From Phaeosaccion multiseriatum (lineage: Eukaryota; Protista; Ochrophyta, other classes), in contig OZ218953.1 in NCBI GenBank assembly GCA_965112735.1, positions 3,410,001 through 3,474,000 of the forward strand: a DNA stretch of 64,000 nt, given 5' to 3'. Position numbers and translations under genes: made by a program. The first letter of the stretch is position 1. Each line of letters opens with the position of its first letter. Shown one piece after another: positions 48,703 to 61,212 of the stretch. The notes under the pieces are model-generated. The model had not been told where the DNA came from, searched no databases, and saw only the letters and a program-made list of their open reading frames with translations.

Positions 48703-49958
48703 CGAGGCCGAAGTGTTGTCGTACACTCTCAAACACTATACATACAGTTTATAAAAGGGAGGGGGTGGGCTGGGCATTTGCGGGGAGCCGAGAGGGCAAG
48801 GAGGGCCTTTCTCACGCACACAAACGCGGTGCCTCGGCGGGGCTGCGCGGCACCATAGATGATTATACAGGGGGGAGAGTGGTCCGAACTTAGAGGAGTG
48901 CTGCCTCACCGTAGCCGTAGCACTGCTGTCGCCTTTAGATGGAGCAAATGGCGTCAATGAAGCGGGTATACAGAGTGGACCAATTAGAGCAGAGGTCCCA
49001 TCTGCCGGCAGCCGAACTTACAATCCCCTCTCTCTGTGTTGTAATTCAGACTCTTACATATCACTCTGCTCGTACATGGTCATGCCACACGCTGTGCGTG
49101 ACGCTGTGTGGAGGGAGCCGGAGGGGCTCGAGCGAACTTTGAGGGTGCGGAAGGTGTGTCACGGGGGCTGGCTGGGCGCCGCGCGCATGGCTTCTCTTCT
49201 CGTGTCACCTTCTCTCCTTTCTCTCCTACGCCGTGCTTGTTTGTGGCTCTTGGGACACGGTCCGCCCAATAGCACACACCGCACTGATTCTGTAGAGGAG
49301 TTCCCTTTGGGGTCAAGGACACACCCAAGCACAAGCACATCTCCCCATACAGAGGGAGCGGGAGAGGTGTGCTGAGGTTGGGCTCCTTTCTCCCGCCCTC
49401 TCGAGCCGCTCTGGCGGGCCGCACAACCAGTCCCCTCTGCCTTCAGCCTCCGCGCAGCGCCGTACTCCCGGCCAGGCTGGCCCAGCCGCTCCCCCCCCCT
49501 CTCTCACGCTGGACACTGACGAAGAGAGCAGCCGCCCCCCTCGCAGTGAAGCAGGGACAGACGACAGTACGCAGCAGGGGGAAGCTCGTATCGCTACTCC
49601 CTCCTTGGCGCCGCCTCTGGTCCTGGCCCGGTGTGGTCACTCAGCCCGCGCACAGAGAGGGTCTCACCGCTGACGCCCAACGCTCCGTCCCAAGACGAAA
49701 CCGAGACCTCCTCCTGCTTACGAGGATGGGGTTTGCGACGCCTTCTCTTCATCATCTCCTGTCACTGCGCCGTCACGCCACTTCACACCCTAGCGCCTAG
49801 CGCCCGCCCCTTCGACCCATCGAGAATGCGGCCAGCAAAACTCCGCATGAGACCACTCCCGCGACCGATGCCGACAGAAGGCGAGCGAAGAACAGCTTGG
49901 TCTGTCAGACAGGGCACCACAGGTGAGGGAAGACAAGACGGAAGGCGATCAGTCCCGT

Positions 49959-52373
49959 TTAGCCTCGCCAAATCACCACATACCCCCCTCCTCTCACCCT
50001 GTACGGTTTTGGCGGCGGTTGAGCCACTGCGGTAGCTGCCTCCACGCCGGCCGCCCCCGCAGGCCCCACGCCCCCCACGAGCTCTGCGATGAGCACGGCA
50101 TTTAGCGCAGCGCCCCTCAGCAGCTGCACGGAAGAGGAGGGGAAGGGGCACGTGAGCAAATGGCAACAACTTGAGAGGCCGGCTACGTTCTTTCCACCGA
50201 GTGACTAGCCCGCCCGCCTCGCCTCTCCTTCTCTCTCTCCCGCGCACCTGATCTCCGCAGACGAAGAGCTCGAGTCCTCTGCTGCCGAAGACGAGGCTGC
50301 TCCGGAGCCTGCCCACCTCCACGTCGTCCTGCCCTGTGGCGCTAATGGGCATGGGGTACGCGTTGGACAGCGGGTCGTCCACCTGAGGAGGAGCCGCAGT
50401 TGGAGGCGTATGGGGTGGAACAGAACAGCAGGCAGGGGGGGGGGGACGACAATGAGAGGCGCTGCTCTGGGAGGGAGGGGAGCGGGCACTCACACTACTC
50501 ACACTCCTTCAACTCACCAGCCGCACGCCCACGGCGTTGTCCAGCAGGTAGCGCACTCTGCCCAGGTCCACGGGGAGGTGCGTCTGCACACAGATGGACT
50601 CGGCGTGGGCACGCAGCGTGGGACAGCGCACAGCGGTGCAGCTCACTGGCCCGTGGGTGCGTGGGTGGGTAGGGGAGACGGTAAGAGCACAGCCACAACA
50701 CACGCAGGGATAAGAAAGGGGCCACAGCTCTACGCTACTTGCAAACGCATTGGCAATCGACCCCTCCTCCTCACCCCGCACCTTGAATACTGGGCTCCTC
50801 GAAGATCTTTGCGGTCTCCCACGCCACCTGAGGGGGGGGGGGGGGGGGTGACAGCGCCCGCCGAGGAAGCAGGCGGAGGGGGGCACGGACTCCTTAGGGG
50901 CGCACGAACGAAGAGGTAAGAGGGAAGAGGCACGTGCGTACCTTCATCTCCTCTTTGGTGAAGCCGTTAGGCTGAAACTTGTCGATGTGCGGGATGACGT
51001 TGAAGGGCAGTCTGTGCGCGAACACCTTGCCCTCCACCTGTGCCAGTGGACGGGGGAGGGAGGGTTAGCCACCACACTCGGAAAGCCACCAGAGGCTGCT
51101 GTGTCTCTGCCTGCCCACGTCTGACTGCCTGACTCACCGTTTCTCCGTCTAGGAAGGCCTTGCTGCCGTCGAGCAGCTCCTGCATACCCTCCGCCCCCGC
51201 GCCACTGGCCGCCTGGTACGTGCTCACCACGAGGCTGCGGATGCCGTACTCCTGCGGAGAGGGCGGAAAATGAAGAAAGGAACGACAACTCATGAGAAGG
51301 GAGAGGAAAAGGGATTGCGAAGCTCACAGGGTGGTGCAGCGGCGACGCATCTGTACGCCTATGCACGCCTACCTACACACACTTACGCACCTGGTGGATG
51401 GGCCACAGTGCCATGGCGGCGATGGCCGTGGTGCAGTTGGGGTTGGCGATGAGACGAGCGCCGCCGATGGCGTGTGGATTCACCTCTGGAATCTGTGGTC
51501 AAGCAAGGAGAAGCAGGGGGGGTTGGGCGACGGAAGAAGAAGACGGTATGCTCGTATACGGAGCAGGCGAGAGAGGAGGTGGCTTTGGCGCGAAGGAGTC
51601 AGGGTAGGAAGGCCTCTATCCCCCTCCTTGACATAGACAAAACTGAGCAATAGACAGACGGACATGCATGGAGATGGAAAAACTAAGACATAGAGACCAA
51701 AGAAAGAAGAAAAAGCCTCTCTAACTTCCTGACTGACAGGGGCACTGCTTCGAAAGTGGGCTTCGGTGTTGCTCTACGAACTCACCACGAGCGGGACGCC
51801 AACCGTATACCTAAAGGCGGAGGAGTTGTCGATCACAACCGGCCCGCCCGGGGCAGCGATCTCTAGGGCGAACTTGGTCGCGAATGAGCCCGACACCGCC
51901 ATGAGCACCACGTCCATCTCCCTGCGAGGTCAGGCGGGGATTGTTGGATGGGTGGCGGTAGCGATAGAGAGGACCTACAAAGCCGCACTCACCTGGCTGC
52001 GTCTACGGTGAAGAGCTGGACCTCCATGGGCCCATAGGGAGTGTCCACTGTCGAGCCCGCGGAGCGCTGAGACGCGAAAAGCGTCAAGGACTCTCTGGGG
52101 AGGGGGCGAGGGGAAGCAACGGTTGTGGAGCGGTCAGTCAGCCACCAACCAGCCCCAACCATTATTTTTGAGTCTTGAAGGGGGTTTGGGTTTGGGCCAG
52201 GTTCCGGCTCACACTCAGGCTCAGGCCCGGCCCCAGGCCCACGCTCACCTGCTGCAGGGGAAGTGTCTCGTGTGCAACACCTTGATCATCTCCACGCCCA
52301 CCGCGCCTGTGGCGCCGACCACACCGACCTTCTTCATGCCGGGGGGGTCTTCGCTTGTCGCGCTTGACACCAT
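49959..52373 (-). CDS. asd: Aspartate-semialdehyde dehydrogenase, multi-exon
   Basis: [61 protein letters not shown] and GDQ|[10 protein letters not shown]. Confidence 0.95.
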
Positions 52374-52605
52374 CGTGGTGGTCTCTCCGCCGCAAGAAAA
52401 CTGCCTGCCTAGGCGAGAGTAGGTAAAGGTCTGATGGCTGGTCTACACTTTTGTTCCCCTCTTTTGTCCTCCCTCTCTTTTATCACACACACCTAGGCAT
52501 CCAAAGTGAGCCGCGGCCTGGGCTCAAGCAATTTTTTTTGGGCTTCTTCCTTGCTTTTTTTTTTTGCTTTCGTCTCCCCTCACACTCACTCACAAGGACG
52601 CAAGG

Positions 52606-54228
52606 ATGTTCTCTACCGTCGCAAGAGGCTCAGGTAGCAGGCTGCTGTGCCGCAAGCAGGCGGGAGTAGTGGGGAAGCAATTGTCGAGAGCACTGCCGAG
52701 TGCCGCCCTCCAGCAACAAGCCAGCTTAAAGCACACGCTGGTCCTCGTAAGGTGATGGGGGTGATGCTGCGGCAGCGGTTTGCTCACAACATGAAGGAAG
52801 GACATGATTACCAACCAGGGTCCTTGGCTGCTGCTTGTCTCCTCCCTGGACTCAGACTTGCGCTTACTAAAAATGATGCAATACACTGGTGCGTGTGCGT
52901 CTTATTTGTGTGATGATTGCAGGCATGGAGAGTCCCAATGGAACCTGGAGAACCGCTTCACGGGCTGGTACGACATTCAGCTGTCCCCCAAGGGCGAGGA
53001 AGAGGCGGCGGCGGCGGGGGCTTTGGTCAACAGCTGCGGCTACAAGTTCGACATGGCATACACCTCGTACCTCAAGAGAGCCATCAAGACGTGCTGGCAC
53101 ACTCTGGAGCAAGTAAGTAGCGAGGAGGGAGGGCTGGGGGCGTAGAACTTGGACTCCGAGTGCACCACCACGGAGGGTGGCGCTGGCGACTCAGAGACTC
53201 AGGTTCCCCCTTTCTTTCGCATGTTCGCCCTCTTCCACCCTACTTTGTGCCAGTGCGACCAAATGAACATCCCTATCATCAACGCGTGGCAGCTCAATGA
53301 GCGGCACTACGGGGGGCTCACGGGGCTGGACAAGCAGGAGACCGTAGACAAGCACGGCAAGGACCAGGTACCTACGAAGGAAAAGAAGGGGGGAAGGAGG
53401 AATGCTGGATGAGCGGCGCCTCTCTGGGCGCCTTTCTGGGCCTTATTATGACTGATGCGTATGCCCAACTCTCCGTGTGTCTCTCAGGTGCTGATCTGGA
53501 GGCGCAGCTATGACGTGCCGCCGCCCGCCATCGAGAAGACCTCCGAGTACTTCCCCGGCAATGACCCCAAGTACGCCAACGTGCCCGCAGAGGAGCTTCC
53601 GTGCACAGAGAGCCTGGCCACTACTCTGGAGAGGGTGCTGCCCTACTGGGAGAAGGAGATCGTGCCACAGATCAAGGCAGGGAAGAAAGTGCTGGTGAGT
53701 GGTGGGGGAAGGAGAGAGTGAAGGAAGGAGTGGAGGATGAGTGGAGGGACGGAGGGCAGAAGTAGGGACCCAAGCTAGGCCGCCCGCCCATCACTGCCTT
53801 TTTCCTGCTTCACCACCGCCGACTGCCCTCCCCCCTCAGATCGCGGCGCATGGCAACTCTCTTCGCGCGCTGGTGAAGCACCTGGACGGCATCCCCGAGG
53901 ACGTCATCACGGGGCTCAACATCCCCACGGGCGCGCCGCTGGTGTACGAGCTGGACGATGACATGAAGGTCATCCCTTCCAAGGAGGCCATCGGTGAGAG
54001 AGTCTTAGTGAGCCGCCCGGTGGAATGAATGAAGCTCCTCCATCTTCTTCTTGATGTTTGCTCTTTAGTTGCACTTTTTGTGGCGCTGAGTGTATGTTGT
54101 TGTCCCGCCGCTTTGCTTCCCCTCGTGCTGTCTACCACCCACCCACAGCGCCCCTGCAGGGCAGGTACCTCGGCAACCAGGATGACATCAGGGCCAGGAT
54201 CGAGGGAGTGGCCAACCAGACCAAATAG
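52606..54228 (+). CDS. gpmA: 2,3-BPG-dependent phosphoglycerate mutase with mitochondrial-type presequence
   Basis: LVLVR|[46 protein letters not shown] and LNIPTG.PLVYELD; ends VANQTK*. Confidence 0.96.
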
Positions 54229-54741
54229 AGGTCGTAGTGGCCGGTTGGTGTGTGCCTTGCGGCTCATCAAGAGGAAGCGCTACTTGCTCGGCCGCCGCAG
54301 CCACGAGACGTGGGCCTTTCGGGACCCCCCCATACGCTCACAGGGAGCAGCGAGAGACACACACGCGCGCACACACAGAGGGGGCGGGGAGGAAGAGACG
54401 GAAGAGGAACGGTCTGCGCTCTTCGGATCGGGTGATCGCTGCTCTGGGAATATGATACGCTGGTGCAGCTTTTTGTTGTTGTGAAAACTGCCGCCCACTG
54501 TACTGAGCTTAGGATATACATGTAGGGTAGTACGTAAGTCAAGCAGGAGACAACGATTTCCGAAACCCGGAAGGATGAGGATCTCACCCCCTTCTTTGTA
54601 CATGTGAGCGGTGTGTGCTTTGATCATCGACTGCTGGGTCACGGTCGGCCTAGCGACAGATGTTCCGGAGTCTCCCGTGTGCACACCGATTTGGTCCCCC
54701 CCCCCCAGGTCGCCAATTCAGGGCATGAGAGCAGCGCAATG

Positions 54742-56521
54742 TTACCCGTCGAGAAGGCTTCGGGGGCAGAGCACTACTGCAGCCACGGCACCAAGGAGCC
54801 CCGCCTCGCAGTTCACTTGCTCGGCGGCCTTGGGCCCGCGCTGTCCACTTGCAAGGCGGCTCAAGACCCGCGTGCCCCTCGCTTCTCTCTGTAGCTGATC
54901 TATCTATGCCTCGCCCCCAAACTGCTCCGTCCATTCCTGTAGCATGAACGAGAGTTCAGGGTCCTGGGCGGCGAACGTAGAGAGGGCACAAGAGAGGTGA
55001 ATCACAGAGCCCAGCAGAGTACCAACGACTCTTCCCCCCCCTCACCTGCAGCAGGGATTTTGTCCCTCGCTTGTCGTGGGGCTTGCTACCACCCTCCTCA
55101 CCCCCGTCCTCTCCGCCCTCCCCCTGCTGTTGCTCCGACGGGGGCAGCCACCAACGGCTCAGGGTCGAGCCTTCAGCGGACCTGTTTTGCCTCATTTCCA
55201 TGCTGAGCCACTCGCTGAGCTCTTGCCCAAGCCCCAGCGCCTCAAAGGCGCTCCCCGCCTGCGCGCTGTTCACGAACTTCACTTTGGATATGGTTTTCTG
55301 CCAAGCGAGAAGTAAGCCAAGCAACAGTCAAGCACGTCAGACCCAACCTGTATCAGGTCAGTCACGGAACAGGCGAGGCCTGCCAAGCGAGAAGTTGTTG
55401 TGATATATCGATGTCGACATTGAGTATCACAGCAGAAGTAAGCAGCAATAAACCTTGTCAGACACTGACTGCCTGCTGTCTGACTGACCTGATTCAAGAT
55501 GAGTCTGACAAGCTTCCAAGTGGCTGCAAAAGCCGCGGGTGGGTCAAGGATCACGACGGTGCCCAGGCGCTCGGGGTAGTGAGCGAGTGCCCGAGCGGCC
55601 AGCACAGCGCTTTGCGGATTGCAGTCTCTCAGGCCAAAGCCATGGAAGTCGGCCACGATGACCCACTGGTGACTGCGTCCTCGGCGGTCCTGTATGACCT
55701 GCGTCCTCTCCGCCACATAGCTCAAGTGGTTCTCATTTCCCTGCAAGCATGTAGCAGGGGCAACTCGGAGTCAGGACTGTCCACAACCCTCCCTCCCTCC
55801 CTGTACGCTCCCTCGCTAGCAGTCAGCGTGGGGGGGGGGGTCATGAGCGAGAGGGCGGTGGTGAGCACATGAACTCACTTTCGCGTCCCAGCGGTCCATC
55901 GCCGTTGAGTAGCAGGTGTAAATGACGGGCCTGCCCGCGGGATCCTCCCCTACGATGCGCATGCTGTGGGAGTCGGCTCTGGGGTTGCGCGAGAGAGAAA
56001 TGGACCTGGGGCTCAGCGGGGTTTTCCTCAAGGGAATCGGGCAAGCACTGCACTGCATACCTCTTGCTGCAGCGGGGGCACATCCTCCCCCTCTTCCCAC
56101 CCTTCCTCCACTTTATGGTTGCTCGAAGAGCCGCTGAAGCTGCATCCACATCGAGCACGTACGCTCGAAGATACCGCAGCAGCGCCAAGTCGTTGACCAG
56201 AGGGTCTGTGGTTAGAGAGAGAGAAAAAGGGTGAGTCGGCTGGGTGGAAGCTGGGCATGGACCCCCCTCACCTTCGAGCTCTTCTCTCATCCCCGCCCTC
56301 ATTTCTACCAGCGCCCTCTCCTCGTCTTCATCCACAGGATCATTGGCGAACTGGGTTGCCGATTCCGCCCCAAGGCCTTGCAACGACGCTATCACCTCCG
56401 CCCCGGTTTGGTTTGATGTGTCAAGCTCTGCTCCGTCGCCATCCCCATCCCCCACTTCTCGAGCGCTCTTTGCCTTCTCTCGCCCGGGAGAATTTCGAAT
56501 GGAGCTGAGTAGGCAAGCCAT
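54742..56521 (-). CDS. CRAL-TRIO (Sec14-like) lipid-binding protein
   Basis: LLRYLRA..DVDAA..LRATIKWR, GEDPAGRPVIY, WVIVADFHGFG, HYPERLG..ILDPP.AF..WKLV and TISKVKFV. Confidence 0.9.
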
Positions 56522-56723
56522 GGATCCATGGAGCAATGCTACACTATCATCTCACGGAGTTTTCGCGAGTTTTTGGGGGCGGTTTCCGTTTCAGCTGTTT
56601 GGCCCTGGCTGGATATCCAATTTGCCCGCCCCTGTTGCTGACAACCCCCCCCCGTGCACAACAAAAGGCAAGAACGAAAAAAACAACAACAACTACAACC
56701 AACGTATTGGGCTCTTCAACGAA

Positions 56724-57685
56724 ATGAAGTCGTGTGTAGCAGCAGCGGTGGCGGTGGCGGCGGTAGCAGCGGTTGTGCCGACCTCCCACGCCTTTGTTGG
56801 AGGAGGGCTCCCTTCTCAGCAGGCCTCGGGCCTTCGCCGGAGGGGGAGCACAGGGCTCACGATGAAGATAGACAAGGAGCAGGGCTGGAGGGATCAACAG
56901 GAGATCCTGGCGAGAAGGAAGGACAAGGTAGGTTGCTTCCCTCCCCCCTCCACACTTTTCATCCCGGTGCCTTCTCGTCTCCTTCCCCTCCCCTCTCTTG
57001 TGGACTCTTCTCTCTTATCCCCTTCCGCTCCTTCCCTTCTCCCCTGATTCCCTCCACTGTCATCTGCTCCCTCGTCCACTTGTATCCCCCATGCCCTCTC
57101 CTCTCCTCTGTGGGCTCTTCTCACATCTGCTTCCCTTCTCCCCCTCTCCTCCCCTCCCCTCCTCCGTCCTCTCTCTTCAACTACCTTTCCTGTTTCCCCC
57201 CTTCTCCCATACAATCGACTCCCCTGCCCCTCCTTTCGCCTCTCCTCTCCTTCCCTCTACGCTCTTCCCCCTCAACACTCGACACCGCCCTCCACTCTCC
57301 ACACTCCTCCTCTGTCTTCCCATCCCCTCCCTCCATTCTCTCTCTTTCACTCTCCTTCCCCTCCCACTCTCCTCCCCTATCCACACTCCCCTTCTATCCA
57401 TGCACCTCTCTTCCCAACAGAAAAAGATGAACGAGTACAACCAGCGCGTCAATGCCAACAGGAGAAAGGCCGACGAAGCGGTACGTTAGTCGCATGCTTT
57501 GTGGAGTGCGTAGTCAGGCTTCAGTTCGCTAACGTGAAAGAGCTTTCTCGCGCGACGATGAACACGACAACAGGCGAACAAGTGGGCGTGGCAGAGGCGC
57601 AAGGACGGGAAGGACACAATCTATGACTACTTGGCCATGAAGGCCAAGGGAGAGGTGAGTAGTCGTCTCGTGCTTCTCCCCAACT

Positions 57686-57723
<38 letters not shown>

Positions 57724-58428
57724 TAGTTTGGATCTTGCGCCACTCATCATCTTCTCGTGCATCTGCCCGACCTAAGAGAGTGAATGCTCTTGATTGTGTG
57801 TCACTCATCATCCCGGTGCGTGTCCCACAGATCCCTGCGCTTTACGACGAGGATGAGAACCCCGAGGGAGGCATCCCCATTCCCTCGGCCTCATTCGGAG
57901 TTGGAGGCGAGTTCGGCGTAGGGGGCAAATGGGACACAGGCGGCCGCTTTGATCTGCAATTGCCTTATGTGGATCAGGTGAGGACAGACACACAAGCCTT
58001 GGTTCGTCGAGGTCACAGGGGAGAGAATCGGTCGATTTTGAAAGACTAGGCGTTCCTTCGGAGATGCGATTCCCCCCCGCCCCCCGCAATCATCCTCAAC
58101 CTGCCCCCCATCCTTCCCCCTCCTCCACCACCACCACCCCTCCTCCTCCTCCTCCTCCTCCTCTTCCTCCTCCTCCTTCTCCTCCTCCTCCTCCTCCTCC
58201 TCCTCCTCCTCCTCCTCCTCCTCCTCCTCCTCCTCCTCTTCCTCTTCTCGCTAGGGCTACGTGGACGAGTCCAAGACGGGGAGCTGGCAAGCAAACCTCG
58301 CCAGGCTCTTTGGCAAGCAGAAAACGGATGCGCCCACCGATCAGATTTATGTGCCCACGGCGGAAGAGGAGAAAAAATCAAAGAAGAAGAAGAAGAGTAT
58401 GTTTGACATATGGTCCTTGGACAAGTAA
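56724..58428 (+). CDS. Plastid-targeted hypothetical protein (5 exons)
   Basis: Signal peptide ending SHA-F plus transit peptide. Clean in-frame GT-AG splicing. Gly/aromatic block GIPIPSASFGVGGEFGVGGKWDTGGRFDLQLPYVDQ|GYVD. Confidence 0.75.
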
Positions 58429-58725
58429 AAAGAGATCGGAGAGAGGCCACCCCGGGTACACACACAGCAGCCCTTTTTTCGGCTGTGCTGGTGCAAAGTG
58501 AGTTATGTTTACAGGAGTAGATAGTATACATAAAAAGAGAAAAGAAACACGGAGAGAAAGGAAGAAAAAAAAAACATTTATACTTACACACCACGAGAGC
58601 CCCACCCTCTCCCTCCTCAGTGTGCGACACGACTCATTAAACTGTGCACCTTTCGGGGAAGAACCCGCGGTTGGGGCGGGGGCAAGGCCCGCAACAAAAC
58701 TTTGACACTCTGGCAACCTTCGGGA

Positions 58726-60167
58726 TCACCACCAGGGAGACTCGGGCTTCCAACCTCGCAGGGAAGGGGGGCTCTGGACGTCCAGGCTGTCCTGACTGTC
58801 GAGCACCAGCAGCACCAGGTCAGACTCTTTGCGGTACTTGTGTGCCGCAGCGTCCAAAGCGGTCCCTTTCCGGCCGGCCTCCCCGCACTTGTAAGAGCCC
58901 GCCGAGTGACGGGAAGCCCCACCCCCGGCACCAGCACCAGAACCAGCGCAGTGGCCAGGGGGAGACCAGCTGCAGGAGCTGCGCACGCAGAGGCTCCTCT
59001 CGCACGAGCGCCCTCTCAGCTGCCCGAGGGGGGAGGAAGAGGCACGGAGTCGAGGGCGGGGGGGAGGGGAGGACCCCTGAAGGTCGGAAGAGGCCCCCGG
59101 AGAGACCGTCCTTTCCGTCTCCAAATCGGCGCAGAAGGGCGTCCCAGAGAGAGCGGGCGTGGGGGCGGGGGTGGGGACAGAGGGCTGAGACTCCTTTGCA
59201 GAGGTTGCGCCCCCCTCGTTGCCCTTGCTGCGCCTCGCCAAGACTCGAGCAAAGATTTGCCCCAGCCGCCACGTCTTTGGTTTTCCCTTGTCCGCCCGCC
59301 CCCTCGCCATGCTCGGGCTCTTTTCGCTGCTCTTGTCAGACCAGCGCACTTGCCTCTCTGCGAGCTGCAGCTGGAGGCTCTCCTTCTCTCGCCCTGTAGC
59401 AAGGCACACAAGATGGGGAGAAGTACAGCTTAGTTCTCTCTCTCTCTCTCTTATACACACACTCCTTAGTGCACGGCCTCACTCACCGAGCTGGCTCAAC
59501 CTGCCGAGAGCTTCGTGGATCTCTGCTTCAAAGGTCTCGATGAAAAGAGTGATCTCCGAGATTTGCCGCTCCAGCCGCACAAGCTCCTGCCTGTCCTGTC
59601 TTGTTCTCCGCCGAGCCGCATCGCTCCGGTCCTCCTGCTCCCTCCTCTCCGGCACGATCCCCCCCCCTCCCTCCTCCTCCTCCTCCTCCTCCTCCTCCTC
59701 CTCCTCCTCCTCCTCCTCCTCCTCCTCCTCCTCCTCTTCTTCTTCCTTTTCCTCTTCCTCCTCCTTCTCCTCCTCGTCGTCGGCAAAGGGGAAGCCGCCT
59801 TGGCACTCTTGAAGCACTCGCAGGTTCCGCTCGCAGTTCCACAGCTGGCCCCACTGCCTTTCTTGCAGGTCTCTGTGAGGGGGGGGACGAGCGATGGGCG
59901 GGGGCGGGGTTAGTGGCTGGGGCTAGTTGCAGAAGGAAAAGAGAAGTCAGGAATCAGACATGACCCAGATCCCGACTATTTCCCCTCGCCCCTCACCTCT
60001 GCGTGCTGAGAGTCGTCTGCAAAGTGCGGAGCTCGTCTGTAATCTCTTTCTCTCTCTTCCTCATCATACGAATCTGGTGTTGCGTCATCTCGTCTCGCCT
60101 CCAGTCGGCCCCACCGAAAACCCGTAAGCCACCCGCTGGTCGCTGCAGCTGTCGCTCCTGCCGTCTG
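58726..60167 (-). CDS. Hypothetical coiled-coil protein (start not resolved)
   Basis: Three exons splice in frame: ..KREKEITDELRTLQTTLSTQR|DLQERQWGQLW..LERQISEITLFIETFEAEIHEALGRLSQL|GREKESLQLQL.. Confidence 0.5.
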
Positions 60168-60532
60168 TGGTTGCAGTTTTACACACCCACGGCAACTTCG
60201 CCCCATCAACCCCAAGGGTTGCTTGAAGGCGGGCTAAAGCAATGCGGCGGCTCTTTCCTATTTCCTGTTTTTTCTTCTCCTGGAAAGGACTCTACGTGCG
60301 GTCCACAGTACCAAGCACCCCACAAGATGCTACAACAGTAGGTTAGTAGGTTGTGTGTGAAGTGTGAAGTGGGGGGGCGGAGTTCGATGGGAATACTTTT
60401 GTGTTGAAATCTTCTCCTCCGCCTCCAACTGTATGGCTCCGCGAACGGTTGGGTTTTCTTCCGTTACCAGCTGCTCCTCTCGCTCCGCCCAGCTCCGACT
60501 TTTTACTTGCCGCAAGGGGGTTTAAACGCCAA

Positions 60533-60646
60533 TCGACCACATTCTCGATAGCATGCTATCATCGGCCGCCCAGCCGATAGCAGATAGCACGACGCCTGAC
60601 TTTTCTCCCGATAGCAGATACAGATAGCACACCGGCTGGGGGTCGA
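60533..60646. mobile_element. Degenerate copy of the GATAGC-rich MITE family
   Basis: ccacattctcgatag..gctatc..ggccgcc..gccgatagc matches the reverse complement of 26531-26587; ends gggggtcga. Confidence 0.55.
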
Positions 60647-60696
60647 CATCTTCTTTGGCCATACAGTTGTACTTAGATTGGGTGTGCCTCAGTCAT

Positions 60697-60951
60697 ATGG
60701 GAAAGGGGGGGGGGGTGGCATGCCTTCCCGCCTTCCGCCTTCCCTCCAGCTGGGACCTTGGGCTTGGGGGTATACATTTTCTGGCCCCTCTTGATACTGC
60801 ATACCCTGCCCTGGCTAAAAGTCGAAACCCTGGCGCTTAGCTAGGGCAGCGTCTTAAAAGGGGCTGGCGCTTCATCAAACGCGGCCTCGTTTACTCGAGC
60901 CCCCCTCCCCCAAAGGGTTAGCTGTATCGACTGAAGGTCTCAGCCACGCCA
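60697..60951 (+). mobile_element. Possible polypurine tract plus 236-bp 3' LTR
   Basis: GGGAAAG(n) immediately before TGGCATG (60716); inverted end CACGCCA (60951). Confidence 0.4.
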
Positions 60952-61212
60952 TCCTCTCACGAGACGGCTGGCTGCGGCTGGCCCGACGACGAACGCCCCG
61001 TCCAACCCCTCCCCCACCTACCCACACAAGGCCGCGGCAGTGGTGGCATGTCTACCGCGCCGGGGGTGAGGAGCGGGCCACCCGAAAGCCACTGTCCTGG
61101 ATGGAAAAAGAGTGGTGCAATGAAGACTCGCTGGATGGAAGGGAGTCTTGGCCGGGATTTGGCTCCCCAGGGCTCGCTCTGTCACGATGGTTCTTAGTCT
61201 CCCTCTCTCGCG

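Noticed and set aside
48736-49950. Short ORFs between LPAAT and asd
   Set aside because: No motif or consistent exon chain; likely UTR or intergenic.
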